This document shows positions 49,792 to 60,035 of a stretch of 64,000 bases of DNA, one piece after another. Origin of the DNA: Candidatus Fimimonas sp. (GTDB lineage Bacteria; Bacillota; Clostridia; Christensenellales; CAG-314); NCBI GenBank assembly GCA_045644945.1, contig JAZRHU010000074.1, forward strand, positions 97 through 64,096, written 5' to 3'. Made by a program: the position numbers and the translations under genes. Under the pieces are notes generated by a model, which worked only from the letters and a program-made list of their open reading frames with translations, was not told the origin of the DNA and searched no databases. Each line of letters opens with the position of its first letter. The stretch's first letter is position 1.

Positions 49792-50574
49792 ATGAATTTT
49801 TTGAAAGAAATGGGAGAGATCTTTGTGGAATACTCCGATTGGTTGTGGCAAGGTGTTGGCTACACAATGCTTGTTGCACTTGTTGGCACCATTGTGGGCT
49901 TGCTACTTGGTATTTTGATTGGTACCTACCGCACCATTCCCAATCCACAAAACAAGTTTTTGCGTGCACTCAAAAAAATTGGCGATTGGATTTTGACCGC
50001 CTACGTGGAAGTTTTCCGTGGTACACCAATGATGGTACAAGCAATGGTTATCTTTTGGGGATATGCCTTGGCAAACAACGGCAACACAATGAACGTTATT
50101 GTTGCAGGTTTGATCATCGTGTCCATCAACACAGGTGCCTACATGGCGGAGATTGTTCGTGGTGGTATCATTTCCATCGACAAGGGCCAATTCGAAGGGG
50201 CCTACGCCATTGGTATGACACACGGCCAAACAATGTGGAAGATAGTAATTCCACAATCCTTGCGCAACATTTTGCCAAGCGTATCCAACGAGTTTGTTAT
50301 CAACATCAAGGATACTTCCGTTCTTAATGTTATTGGCTTTACGGAATTGTATTTCCAAGCAAAAACAATTGTTACAATGACGGCAGACACCTTTGGAACA
50401 TACCTTGCCGTTGCACTAATTTACTTTGTGCTGACATTTACAATCACTCGCATTTTGCGCTTTGTGGAAAAGAAGATGGACGGCAAAAAGAACTACACTA
50501 TGCAAGGCGCTGGCAATCTTGATGCCGATGCCTTTGCAAAAACTCAAAGTTTGGGAGGTGGCGAAAATGTGTAA
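49792..50574 (+). CDS. Amino-acid ABC transporter permease (His/Glu/Gln/Arg/opine family)
   Basis: [11 protein letters not shown] and EAA-loop-like [26 protein letters not shown]. Confidence 0.85.
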   Translation: MNFLKEMGEIFVEYSDWLWQGVGYTMLVALVGTIVGLLLGILIGTYRTIPNPQNKFLRALKKIGDWILTAYVEVFRGTPMMVQAMVIFWGYALANNGNTMNVIVAGLIIVSINTGAYMAEIVRGGIISIDKGQFEGAYAIGMTHGQTMWKIVIPQSLRNILPSVSNEFVINIKDTSVLNVIGFTELYFQAKTIVTMTADTFGTYLAVALIYFVLTFTITRILRFVEKKMDGKKNYTMQGAGNLDADAFAKTQSLGGGENV

Positions 50575-51304
50575 ACAAATTTTGCAATTTTGCCATCTTG
50601 GCAAAACATTTGGCGACCACCAAGTGCTAAAAGATATCAACTTTACCGTAAACAAAGGGGACGTGACTTGTATCATTGGTTCATCTGGCAGTGGTAAGTC
50701 CACATTGCTTAGATGTGCTAACCTTTTGGAAACTCCAACCAGTGGCGAGATCATCTTCAACGGCAAAAACATCCTTTTGGAAAAAAGCCATGCCAAGTAC
50801 CGCCAAAAGGTGGGAATGGTGTTCCAATCCTTTAACCTGTTCAACAACTTGAACGTTTTGCAAAACTGTACAGTGGGCCTTACAAGCGTTTTGAAAATCA
50901 AAAAGACGGAAGCGGAAAAAATTGCCCTGCGCCACTTGGAAAGCGTTGGCATGAGTGCTTACGTCAATGCACGACCACATCAACTTTCCGGTGGACAAAA
51001 GCAACGCGTGGCTATTGCTCGTGCGCTTGCAATGCAACCGGAAGTGCTTTTGTTTGACGAACCAACAAGTGCGCTAGACCCCGAAATGGTGGGCGAAGTG
51101 CTCAACGTTATGAAAGACCTTGCCCAAAGCGGTTTGACAATGCTTGTTGTTACCCACGAAATGGCATTTGCACGTGACGTTGCAAGCAAAGTTGTCTTCA
51201 TGGACGAAGGTGTCATTGTGGAGGAAGGCACCCCAGAGGAAATCTTCCAAAATCCCAAAGAACCACGCACACGTGAGTTTTTATCCCGTACAATCAACGG
51301 CTAA
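50567..51304 (+). CDS. Amino-acid ABC transporter ATP-binding protein
   Basis: Start at ATG 50567 after [34 protein letters not shown]. Confidence 0.9.
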   Translation: MCKQILQFCHLGKTFGDHQVLKDINFTVNKGDVTCIIGSSGSGKSTLLRCANLLETPTSGEIIFNGKNILLEKSHAKYRQKVGMVFQSFNLFNNLNVLQNCTVGLTSVLKIKKTEAEKIALRHLESVGMSAYVNARPHQLSGGQKQRVAIARALAMQPEVLLFDEPTSALDPEMVGEVLNVMKDLAQSGLTMLVVTHEMAFARDVASKVVFMDEGVIVEEGTPEEIFQNPKEPRTREFLSRTING

Positions 51305-51486
51305 CAGCGCGCTCGCAAATATCCAAAGAGCAATTTGCTCGCAAACTAACACTACAACAAAAAATCACTTGTTTGCCTCTGCGAACATATTTTGTATGAT
51401 ATGCACCAAGTAATTTGCAAACGGCAAACAATGCACTACAACATCAAACACTTTGCAATGTCACAACACAAAACGCTGCAATCAAA

Positions 51487-51517
51487 AAGACTGTTCCAAT
51501 TGGAGCAGTCTTTTTTT
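51487..51517 (+). terminator. Rho-independent terminator
   Basis: AAGACTGTTCCAatTGGAGCAGTCTT followed by TTTTT. Confidence 0.8.
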
Positions 51518-52007
51518 GCACTTTGAGCAAAACTTTTATATTGTAAAATTTCCATTGCTACAAATTTTGTTGATGCGGTTTTGCTTTTTAAAAACGGCAC
51601 ACAATCCCTACAAAGCCACACAAGCAACTTGTGGTACAAGTTGGATTTCGACGCAAACCTTGCCACAGAAAACAAACATCACTTTGCAAAATCAATTGTG
51701 AGTAGACAAAATTACAAACATATTATACCTATCTTTCAGTATAAAAAAATCCTTTAGATACATAAATTTTTAGTATAGGAAATTTTTATAATGTGTTATA
51801 AAATGAATATTTTTTTTATGGTAAATGTGGTATTATAGTAGCGCAATAGGTTGGCTTGACACATGCGTGAAGCAAGTTTTGCAAAACACGTTTAAAGAGT
51901 GACTTAGATGCAAATTTTAAGCAGTAAACCATTATGAAGGGATACAACATACCGACGAGGGGTAAATATTGTGTCCAAATAAAAATATATACAGGAGGTA
52001 CTTCATT

Positions 52008-53027
52008 ATGGAAAAAATTAGAGTAGTTCAATATGGTTGCGGTAAGATGGCTAAATATCTCATCAGATACCTTTACAACCACGGCGCAGAAGTTGTTGGC
52101 GCAATCGACATCGACCCAGCAGTAGTTGGTATGGACATTGGTGACTTTGCTGAACTTGGTTACAAGACAGGCGTTATCATCTCCAACGAAACAGACAAAG
52201 TTTTGGACGAAAGCAAAGCAGACGTTGCAATCGTTACACTTTTCAGTTTCATCAGCGACATCTACACACACGTAGAAAAGTGCGTATCTCGTGGTATCAA
52301 CGTTATCACAACTTGCGAAGAAGCTATCTACCCATGCACAACAGCTAAAGCTCAAATCGAACGTTTGGACGCTATTGCAAAGGCAAACAACTGCACTATC
52401 ACAGGTTCTGGTATGCAAGATATCTTCTGGATCAACATGGTTGCTTTGGCAGCTGCTGGTTGCGACAGCCTCACAAAGATCAAGGGCGCATACAGCTACA
52501 ACGTAGACGAATACGGTCTTGCACTTGCAAAGGCTCACGGTTGTGACCTTTCCGCTGACGAATTCGAACAACAAATCGCTCATCCAGAAGTGTTTGAACC
52601 ATCCTACGCTTGGAACGCAAGCGAAGCTATCTGCAACAAACTTGGTCTCACAATCAAGTCCATCGACCAAAAGCACGTTCCTTGCATTGTTGACCACGAC
52701 GTTTACAGCAGCACACTTGGTTACACAATCAAGGCTGGCCGTTGCATTGGTATGTCCGCTGTTGTTACAATCGAAACTGAAGAAGGCATCACAGTAGAAG
52801 AAGAAACTATCGGTAAGGTTTACGAACCAGAAGATGGCGATATGTGCGACTGGTGGCTTACAGGCGAACCAAATGTGGAATACCACGTTGTTAAGCCAGC
52901 TACAGTAGAACACACATGTGCAACAGTTGTTAACCGTCTTCCATCTCTTGTAAAGGCTCCAGCAGGCTACGTTACTTGCGATCAACTCGAACCAGTTAAC
53001 TTCCTTGCTCACCCAATGCACAAATAA
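52008..53027 (+). CDS. NAD(P)-dependent oxidoreductase, DapB-N-like fold (2,4-diaminopentanoate/amine dehydrogenase-like)
   Basis: Start at ATG 52008 after AGGAGG. N-terminal [19 protein letters not shown] dinucleotide-binding motif. The resemblance to the Ord-type family is from memory only. Confidence 0.45.
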   Translation: MEKIRVVQYGCGKMAKYLIRYLYNHGAEVVGAIDIDPAVVGMDIGDFAELGYKTGVIISNETDKVLDESKADVAIVTLFSFISDIYTHVEKCVSRGINVITTCEEAIYPCTTAKAQIERLDAIAKANNCTITGSGMQDIFWINMVALAAAGCDSLTKIKGAYSYNVDEYGLALAKAHGCDLSADEFEQQIAHPEVFEPSYAWNASEAICNKLGLTIKSIDQKHVPCIVDHDVYSSTLGYTIKAGRCIGMSAVVTIETEEGITVEEETIGKVYEPEDGDMCDWWLTGEPNVEYHVVKPATVEHTCATVVNRLPSLVKAPAGYVTCDQLEPVNFLAHPMHK

Positions 53028-53044
53028 GAACAAAACAACAAACA

Positions 53045-53075
53045 CAAAAGACCGCTCGATTGAGCGGTCTTTTTT
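53045..53075. terminator. Bidirectional terminator (dehydrogenase gene / dnaJ)
   Basis: AAAAGACCGCTCgattGAGCGGTCTTTTTTT. Confidence 0.85.
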
Positions 53076-53095
53076 TGCACTTTAGGAGGATGTGC

Positions 53096-53209
53096 TATGT
53101 CGTTTGCAATATGTATTGCGTGTTTTACAATATTTGTAATTTTTTACAACATCAGTTGCACGTATTGCAACATTGACTGTAATTTTACAACGTTATTTGT
53201 ACTAATTTA
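53096..53209 (+). CDS. Possible 37-aa hydrophobic Cys-rich peptide (below ORF-track cutoff)
   Basis: AGGAGG lies 8 nt upstream of the ATG. MSFAICIACFTIFVIFYNISCTYCNIDCNFTTLFVLI. No own promoter is visible, since it starts 20 nt after a terminator, and the codons are AT-rich. Confidence 0.3.
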
Positions 53210-53211
53210 GT

Positions 53212-53247
53212 GATTTTTTGAGGATACGTGGTGTGTTTTTGCAAAAG
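53212..53247. repeat. ACGTG-core intergenic motif copy
   Basis: gattttttgaggaTACGTGgtgtgtttttgcaaaag. Confidence 0.7.
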
Positions 53248-53269
53248 GAGATGCAAAAAACTTTGCCAA

Positions 53270-54412
53270 CTATTCTTCCTCTTTGTCCTTGAACAATTTG
53301 GAGACTTCCTCCAAAAATGCCTTGCGCTTGGAGTAGTTTTTCAAGGAGCTGTCGCGTTCGAATTCGTCCAAAGCACGACGTTGCGCGCGAGTAAGTCCCT
53401 TTGGCACTTCCACTTCGATAGTAACGTACAAGTCGCCAGACAAGCCACGAGCAGAACGTACACCCTTGCCACGGAAACGGAGAACATCGCCATTAGGGGT
53501 ACCTTCGGGAATTTTTGTGGTAAACATACCATCTGGGGAGGGGATTTCAATTTCGCCACCGCAAACTGCAGTTTTGAATGTTACAGGCACTGTCACAAAC
53601 AAATCGAGGTTTTCCCTTTCGAAAATATTGGATGGTTTTACGGATATTACAAGCAACAAGTTGCCGTTACGTCCACCACCGCGAGAGGCATTGCCTTCGC
53701 CGGAAAGTTGCAACACAGCGCCATTTTCCACACCGGCAGGAATGGTAACGTTCAAGATGCGGTTTTTGTTGATAGTTCCACGACCACCACAAGCTTTGCA
53801 AGTGTCCACAACAATCTTACCACGGCCACCACACTTGTCGCATGCGCCAATGGAAATTTGTTGGCCGAAAATGGTGTTTTGAACACGTCTAACTTGGCCT
53901 GTACCACCGCATTTATCACAGGTACGTAGTGAGTTTTCGTCCTTGGCACCGCTACCGCCACAGGTTGGGCACTTTTCCACACGGGTAAAGCTGATTTGCT
54001 TTTTGCAACCCAAAATGGACTCCATAAACGTGAGTTCGAGGGAGTCTTGAATGTCGCTACCTGCGCTTGTTTGACTGCGACGGCGAGATCCACCACCAAA
54101 GCCAAATGCGCTACCAAACATGTCGAAGATGTCGTCAAAGCCAGTTGCGCTAAAGCCACCGCCACCAAATGGATTGAAGCCACCTTGGCCGTCCATATCC
54201 ATTTCGCCACGATCGTATCTTTGGCGCTTGTCGGGGTCGCCAACAACGGAGTAGGCCTCGTTTACTTGCTTGAACTTTTCGGCAGCTTGCTCATCCCCTG
54301 GGTGCAAGTCGGGGTGATATTGCTTGGCAAGTTTGCGATATGCTGATTTGATTTCGTCCTGAGTGGCACTTGATGACACACCCAAGACTTCGTAATAGTC
54401 TTTTTTTGCCAT
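53270..54412 (-). CDS. dnaJ: Molecular chaperone DnaJ
   Basis: J domain with HPD (YHPDLHPGD), G/F region, four CxxCxGxG zinc-finger repeats. Confidence 0.95.
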   Translation of the reverse strand: MAKKDYYEVLGVSSSATQDEIKSAYRKLAKQYHPDLHPGDEQAAEKFKQVNEAYSVVGDPDKRQRYDRGEMDMDGQGGFNPFGGGGFSATGFDDIFDMFGSAFGFGGGSRRRSQTSAGSDIQDSLELTFMESILGCKKQISFTRVEKCPTCGGSGAKDENSLRTCDKCGGTGQVRRVQNTIFGQQISIGACDKCGGRGKIVVDTCKACGGRGTINKNRILNVTIPAGVENGAVLQLSGEGNASRGGGRNGNLLLVISVKPSNIFERENLDLFVTVPVTFKTAVCGGEIEIPSPDGMFTTKIPEGTPNGDVLRFRGKGVRSARGLSGDLYVTIEVEVPKGLTRAQRRALDEFERDSSLKNYSKRKAFLEEVSKLFKDKEEE

Positions 54413-54478
54413 AGTTTTCCTTGTGTAAAGGCAAAGTTGCCTTTTAGGTTAGTTGGGTTGAACTTGTGGGCAAAATTT

Positions 54479-54513
54479 GCAAAAATATGCACCACGTGTT
54501 CGATTTTTTGAGG
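54479..54513. repeat. CACGTG-core intergenic motif copy
   Basis: gcaaaaatatgcacCACGTGttcgattttttgagg. Confidence 0.7.
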
Positions 54514-54560
54514 CTAGATTGCTGGAAATAGTTAATTAGCCCTCTCCGTCAACTTCGTTG

Positions 54561-54586
54561 CCACCTCTCCCAAAGTGAGAGGCTAC
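54561..54586 (-). repeat. REP-like GTAG-headed hairpin
   Basis: Minus strand GTAGCCTCTCactttgGGAGAGGTGG. Confidence 0.55.
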
Positions 54587-54685
54587 AGTTGTGACAGAGC
54601 CGTTCAATATGCAGGAAAAGCCCGAAGCATTGTTCGTGCTTTTTCCGCAGTTATTTTGCTTTGATGATTGCAACTGGACAATTAA

Positions 54686-56509
54686 CTATTGATTGTCTGT
54701 AACGTCGTCGTAGCTTACGCCATCGCCTGCACCAGCACCACCATCTTGTGGTTGGCCGTTTTGTTGTGCTTGTTGGTAGAACTTTTGGAATACTGCAGCG
54801 CTTTCCTTTGCGATGCGGTCTGTTTCCGCCTTGAGTTCTTCTGTTGTAGCGTCTTGCTTGTCGAGAACCTTTTTGCCAAGTTCGATTTGTTCTTCCAAAA
54901 GCTTTTTGTCAGCTTCGGGGAGTTTGTCGCCACTTTCGCGAAGGAATTGTTCAAGGGACAAAATCATTTGGTCAAGGCCGTTGCGAGCTTCTACCGCTTG
55001 ACGGCGTTTTTTGTCTTCTTCGGCGTACTTTTCAGCATCTTTGATAGCTTTGTCGATATCAGCATCGGACAAGTTTGTGGAAGATGTGATAGTTACGGAT
55101 TGTTCCTTTTGAGTGCCAAGGTCTTTTGCTGTTACGTGAACGATACCGTTAGCATCGATGTCGAACTTAACTTCGATTTGTGGGATTCCGCGTGGAGCTG
55201 GAGCAATACCTGTCAAGGAGAAACGACCGAGAGTTTTGTTGTCGCCTGCCATTTCGCGTTCGCCTTGCAAAACGTGGATGTCTACGCTTGTTTGGTTATC
55301 TGCAGCTGTAGAGAACACTTGAGATTTGCTTGTTGGGATTGTTGTGTTGCGGTCGATGAGTTTAGCCATCACGCCACCCAAAACTTCGATACCCAAGGAA
55401 AGTGGAGTAACGTCCAACAAGAGTACGTCTTTAACTTCGCCACCAAGAACGCCACCTTGAATTGCTGCACCAATAGCAACACATTCGTCTGGGTTGATTC
55501 CCTTGTATGGTTCTTTACCACTAAACTTTTTAACTGCTTCTACTACTGCTGGGATACGAGTGGAGCCACCAACCAAGATTACGCGGTTGAGGTCGCTGTT
55601 TGTAACACCTGCATCTCTCATAGCGTTTTGCATAGGAACGATTGTGCGTTTGATGATACCGTCAATCAAACTTTCGAACTTAGCGCGAGTGATTTCCACT
55701 TCCAAGTGCTTTGGACCAGTTGCATCCGCTGTGATAAATGGGAGAGAAACTGTTGTCTTAAGTGTGGAAGAGAGTTCGATCTTTGCCTTTTCAGCAGCTT
55801 CCTTAAGACGTTGTGTAGCTTGCTTATCTTGAGAGAGGTCGATGCCGTTTGTGCGTTTGAACTCTGCAACAAGGTAGTCGATAACTACTTGGTCGATGTC
55901 GTCACCGCCAAGACGTGTGTCGCCGTTAGTTGCCAAAACTTCGAATACACCATCGCCAATTTCCAAGATGGATACGTCGAATGTACCACCACCAAGGTCG
56001 TAGATCAAAATCTTTTGGTTTTTGTTTTCGCCCTTGTCAAGACCATATGCAAGTGCTGCAGCTGTTGGTTCGTTGATGATACGCAATACTTCCAAACCGG
56101 CAATTTTACCTGCGTCTTTTGTTGCTTGACGTTGAGCATCGTTAAAGTATGCTGGAACTGTGATTACCGCTTGAGTAACCTTTTCGCCAAGGTAAGCTTC
56201 GGCATCTGCCTTGAGCTTGCCAAGAACGATTGCGGAAATTTCTTGTGGAGCGTATGCTTTGCCATCGATGTTTACGGAGTAGTTTGTACCCATGTGACGT
56301 TTGATGGACATAACTGTGCGGTCAGAGTTTACAATAGCTTGACGCTTTGCAACTTGGCCTACAAGACGTTCGCCGTCTTTAGAAAAGCCAACTACTGATG
56401 GAGTTGTTCTGTTACCTTCTGCATTGGTGATTACGACAGGTTCGCCACCTTCCAATACTGCAACGCAAGAGTTTGTTGTACCAAGGTCAATACCGATAAT
56501 TTTTCCCAT
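54686..56509 (-). CDS. dnaK: Molecular chaperone DnaK (Hsp70)
   Basis: [28 protein letters not shown], and other Hsp70 signatures. Confidence 0.97.
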   Translation of the reverse strand: MGKIIGIDLGTTNSCVAVLEGGEPVVITNAEGNRTTPSVVGFSKDGERLVGQVAKRQAIVNSDRTVMSIKRHMGTNYSVNIDGKAYAPQEISAIVLGKLKADAEAYLGEKVTQAVITVPAYFNDAQRQATKDAGKIAGLEVLRIINEPTAAALAYGLDKGENKNQKILIYDLGGGTFDVSILEIGDGVFEVLATNGDTRLGGDDIDQVVIDYLVAEFKRTNGIDLSQDKQATQRLKEAAEKAKIELSSTLKTTVSLPFITADATGPKHLEVEITRAKFESLIDGIIKRTIVPMQNAMRDAGVTNSDLNRVILVGGSTRIPAVVEAVKKFSGKEPYKGINPDECVAIGAAIQGGVLGGEVKDVLLLDVTPLSLGIEVLGGVMAKLIDRNTTIPTSKSQVFSTAADNQTSVDIHVLQGEREMAGDNKTLGRFSLTGIAPAPRGIPQIEVKFDIDANGIVHVTAKDLGTQKEQSVTITSSTNLSDADIDKAIKDAEKYAEEDKKRRQAVEARNGLDQMILSLEQFLRESGDKLPEADKKLLEEQIELGKKVLDKQDATTEELKAETDRIAKESAAVFQKFYQQAQQNGQPQDGGAGAGDGVSYDDVTDNQ

Positions 56510-56645
56510 AATATATCTCCTTTTTTTTGTCGGCCGTTGGCAACAAGGTTGCCATAGCCATCATTATTTTTTAGTTTATTTTTGTTTGTTTTTGTTTTGT
56601 TATTTTATATTCCACTTTCGAGATGAAAGTTGTTATAGAGTTTTG

Positions 56646-57212
56646 TTACGCACCAACAATTACTTGTGCATATCTAAGCACTTTGTCGCCCATCAGGTAG
56701 CCGTTTTTGTAAACTTGCACTACCTTGCCTTTGTTTTCCTCTCCGCAATCCATTTGAGAAAGTGCTTCCATTGTCATGCAGTCGAAGTCCTTTCCGCTAA
56801 CGTCCATTGGCAAAACACCAAAGTTTGCAAGTGTTTGCATAAATTGTTGTTGGATCATTTGGAATGCCTTCAAATTGTCGCCATCAAGGTGCTTGCTTGC
56901 AAGCTCAAAGTTGTCGCAGATGTCGATAAGCTTTGTTACAACGCTTGCAACACCCTCCGCCTTGGCTTGGTCGCCATTGAACTTCATACGGCGTTTGTAG
57001 CTTTCGAAATCGTTTTTCATTGCTACAAGTTGAGTGAGGTAGGTGTCAGATTTGTCTGCAGAAGATTGAAGTCTTGCAACTGTTTTTGCAAGTGCGTCTT
57101 TTTCGGCAGTCAACTCTTCCACCTGCTTGATGAGTTTTTCGTTTTCTGCTGTCAAAGCTTGTTCAAGCTCTGTCATTTCCACAGATTGTGGTGTTTGATT
57201 TGTTTGTTCCAT
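56646..57212 (-). CDS. grpE: Nucleotide exchange factor GrpE
   Basis: Coiled-coil N-terminus, NDFESYKRR, C-terminal beta domain; hrcA-grpE-dnaK synteny. Confidence 0.9.
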   Translation of the reverse strand: MEQTNQTPQSVEMTELEQALTAENEKLIKQVEELTAEKDALAKTVARLQSSADKSDTYLTQLVAMKNDFESYKRRMKFNGDQAKAEGVASVVTKLIDICDNFELASKHLDGDNLKAFQMIQQQFMQTLANFGVLPMDVSGKDFDCMTMEALSQMDCGEENKGKVVQVYKNGYLMGDKVLRYAQVIVGA

Positions 57213-57213
57213 A

Positions 57214-58233
57214 TTACTCCTTACCCATCATATCAATGATGATGTTACTAATTTTGTCCAAAACGGAAAGCACCTTTTTGTAGTTCATGCGAACGGGGCC
57301 AATCACGCCAATGGAGCCGGCAATATTTCGACCAAGTGCCACGCGAGTGGTTACTACCGAGCAACCTTCGGGGGCGTTTTCTGACGCGCCAATTTTGACC
57401 GTTACAAAACCCTCTTGACCACCGTCATCGGTAAACACTTGCGCCATTTTTGCCTTGGAGCCAACTTCGCTAAGAAACTTTTGCACGTTGGCAACATCGT
57501 TGTACTCACTGTGTTGAAAGATGTTGTGTTCGCCACAAACACAAACATCCATGCCGTTTGCCAAAGCTTGCTTTTTCAGTTCGTCAGTGATCTTTTTGAA
57601 CAGTTTGTTAAGTTTGAACTGGTCATTTACCAAGGTGTAGGGGTAGGTAAAGTTCAAAAATTGCGAGATGTGCTTGCCAACGAACAATTTGTTTAGCCAG
57701 GCTTGCGCTTGCATAAGCATCAGGTCGTCGAAGTCTTCGGGGATATCCACAATGCCGTCCTTCAAAACGCGTGTTTCGGTAACGATAACCATCAGCATTT
57801 GACCGTTGGACAAATCCAAAAGTTTGATTGCCGTGATGGTATCGGCCATATCCGCCTTGACTACCACCGATGTGTAGTTGGTAATTTCCGAAATGACGTT
57901 TGTGATTTGATGGATGACTTCGTCAAGACTGCCGTGGTTACGAAGAAGTCGGCTTTCGATAAGTGCGTTTTCCTCAGCGGTTAGGCAACTTTCGGTAGTG
58001 AGTTCATTCACGTAAAAACGAAATGCCTTTTCCGAAGGGATGCGACCGGCGGACACGTGCGGTTGCACAAGGTAGCCCATGCTCTCCAAAGCGGAAAGCT
58101 CGTTGCGAATGGTTGCCGACGAACAATCTTGCAGGCAAGTTTTTTGTATTTCTTTACTGCTTACTGGCGAGGCCTTTTGAATGTAGCCATCTACCACAGC
58201 AGAAAGTATCTTCTTTTTTCGCAATGAAAGCAT
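57214..58233 (-). CDS. hrcA: Heat-inducible transcription repressor HrcA
   Basis: Start at ATG 58233 after GGAG. LSLRKKKILSAVVDGYIQKASPVSSKEI winged-helix N-terminus. Confidence 0.9.
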   Translation of the reverse strand: MLSLRKKKILSAVVDGYIQKASPVSSKEIQKTCLQDCSSATIRNELSALESMGYLVQPHVSAGRIPSEKAFRFYVNELTTESCLTAEENALIESRLLRNHGSLDEVIHQITNVISEITNYTSVVVKADMADTITAIKLLDLSNGQMLMVIVTETRVLKDGIVDIPEDFDDLMLMQAQAWLNKLFVGKHISQFLNFTYPYTLVNDQFKLNKLFKKITDELKKQALANGMDVCVCGEHNIFQHSEYNDVANVQKFLSEVGSKAKMAQVFTDDGGQEGFVTVKIGASENAPEGCSVVTTRVALGRNIAGSIGVIGPVRMNYKKVLSVLDKISNIIIDMMGKE

Positions 58234-58302
58234 GTTTTTCTCCGTTTTGCAACTCATTTTTGAGTTATTTTGCAACTTTTTGTCAGTCTTAGGTGTTATT
58301 TG

Positions 58303-58329
58303 TTAGCACTCTCGTGTGTCGAGTGCTAA
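58303..58329. promoter_or_regulatory. CIRCE operator (HrcA binding site)
   Basis: TTAGCACTC-tcgtgtgtc-GAGTGCTAA, a perfect match to consensus TTAGCACTC-N9-GAGTGCTAA. Confidence 0.95.
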
Positions 58330-58340
58330 TTTACACTACC

Positions 58341-58369
58341 AATATACCATTATATTTGCCATTTGTCAA
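58341..58369 (-). promoter_or_regulatory. sigma-A promoter of the hrcA operon
   Basis: Minus strand TTGACA, 17-nt spacer, TATATT, directly upstream of CIRCE. Confidence 0.7.
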
Positions 58370-58571
58370 GATTATTATTCACTTTTTTTGCAAATTTTGT
58401 AAAGTTGAAAGATTGCTGAATGGGCTTTGTTGAAGAAATGATGCCAAACACACTCTCGCAATACCAACGCAAGCTTCCCTGCGACATAAATAATGATAGT
58501 ATCAAAGAATATATATAAATAAAAATATACAGGCGAGAAATGGCTCGCATCAGAAATGGCGATCTTACAAA

Positions 58572-58601
58572 TAAAAATGCACTCCCAAAAGGAAGTGCAT
58601 T
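58572..58601 (-). terminator. Rho-independent terminator
   Basis: Minus strand AATGCACTtccttttgggAGTGCATT followed by TTTATTT. Confidence 0.65.
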
Positions 58602-58632
58602 TAGAGTTAGATATCAAGTTTTGTTGACAATA

Positions 58633-59226
58633 TCAGGTATTCCAAGAGAGATCGCTATCGTCCTTGCCGGTAAAGTGGCGGACAAGGCGAATTACCACGT
58701 AGGCGCCAACAACAATCCAAACGTTAAAGATCAAGCACAAAATTGCAATGCCGATTGCCACAAACAAGGAAAGACGAGCTGCGATGCTTGCGCCAGACTC
58801 TCTCCAATCGTGCCACTCTTCCACGTACCAATCTACGTCTGGTGAAAAGATGTGATGCTCGGTGTGGCTGTAACGTGTTTGGTAGCCACCGCCGTAGTAG
58901 TTGCGCTTGAACATTGGTGTGTAGCTAAAGTAGTTGATGGAGAAAAACGCAATGCTCATCATTACCGCCATCATGCCGTAGGTGCTAAAGTCTGTTTGCT
59001 CTTGATTGAACATTGTGGACATACCAATAGCAATAAACAATGCAATCAAGCAGTAGATAACATAGATAATGATGCCAATAACCCTAATTTTGGATAGCCA
59101 AGTGAAGATTGTGCGAGTCAACAACAAATTGACAAAGTACAAAATTGTAAACAATAGTGGCAAAATGAAAATTGCATTGCCAAGGCCATCGACGTTTCGG
59201 CCCAAAAGTTCGAAAAGTACAAACAT
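58633..59226 (-). CDS. Hypothetical polytopic membrane protein
   Basis: Start moved to ATG 59226 after AAGGAG (MFVLFELLGRN); the ORF-track start at 59457 runs through an intergenic motif. No family recognised. Confidence 0.55.
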   Translation of the reverse strand: MFVLFELLGRNVDGLGNAIFILPLLFTILYFVNLLLTRTIFTWLSKIRVIGIIIYVIYCLIALFIAIGMSTMFNQEQTDFSTYGMMAVMMSIAFFSINYFSYTPMFKRNYYGGGYQTRYSHTEHHIFSPDVDWYVEEWHDWRESGASIAARLSLFVAIGIAILCLIFNVWIVVGAYVVIRLVRHFTGKDDSDLSWNT

Positions 59227-59262
59227 TGTTTTCTCCTTTTTCGTGTGGTATTTGTGTGTTTT

Positions 59263-59300
59263 GCACAAAAATGTGGGACACGTGGTTGTTTTTTGATACG
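59263..59300. repeat. CACGTG-core intergenic motif copy
   Basis: gcacaaaaatgtgggaCACGTGgttgttttttgatacg. Confidence 0.65.
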
Positions 59301-59489
59301 CCCACCGCTTTGTATCCTTTTGCAAAATGTCTGTTATTTTTGCAACATCGACAGTTGCAAACATCACAAAATAACAAAAATACTCTACATACATTGTATG
59401 CCTAACTGCGAAATTTGTCAATGGGTTAGGGGAGTTTTGCAAAGATAAAAATGGCAAGCAGAGCTAACTCCACTTGCCAACGAATACTT

Positions 59490-59897
59490 TTATCTATCTA
59501 ACTTTGATAGGCATTTTTTGATATCGTCCACACAATACACTTGTTGATATTTTTCCAATAGATATCTTCTTATTTCAACAGCGTCAAGTGATTGCAGTTT
59601 TTCCTCAACAATATAATTCTCCAAGTCGCTAAAGTATTTTCTTTTAGCTTTGATAGAAAAGAATACGTTTATCAAAGTATACAAAATACAACCTGCAAAA
59701 AGGATAAAAATCATTACATGTTTGTCTACAAACGCCATCACTATGTTTGCAACAATGCCAATCGATTGAAATATGGTTTCAAACAAAATATAGTTTTTGA
59801 ATATCTTTTCATCGTACAGCAAAAAGCCTTGCCCGTTATTAAAAAAGATAGTCATTAACAAAAATATCACTTGAAACAACAAAATACCAAATATCAT
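59490..59897 (-). CDS. Hypothetical 3-TM protein, very AT-rich
   Basis: MIFGILLFQVIFLLMTIFF...; ATA/TTA/AAA-rich codon usage unlike the flanking clpX and hrcA genes. Confidence 0.5.
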   Translation of the reverse strand: MIFGILLFQVIFLLMTIFFNNGQGFLLYDEKIFKNYILFETIFQSIGIVANIVMAFVDKHVMIFILFAGCILYTLINVFFSIKAKRKYFSDLENYIVEEKLQSLDAVEIRRYLLEKYQQVYCVDDIKKCLSKLDR

Positions 59898-59967
59898 AAC
59901 TTTACCTCAAACACATTATATATCATTTCAAAGGGTATTGTCAATGGGCAATATTTGGTGCCAAAAC

Positions 59968-59999
59968 ACAAAAAAGGAACTGCAATTTTGCAATTCCTT
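59968..59999 (-). terminator. Rho-independent terminator of clpX
   Basis: Minus strand AAGGAATTGCAaaatTGCAGTTCCTT followed by TTTTGTG. Confidence 0.7.
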
Positions 60000-60035
60000 T
60001 ATCTTGCAATTTTTGATAGCCACAATACACCCAAA

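Noticed and set aside
58350-58617. Minus-strand ORFs of 66 and 80 aa upstream of the hrcA promoter
   Set aside because: They have no SD, overlap each other in different frames, and are composed of AT-rich spacer. One begins inside a terminator hairpin.
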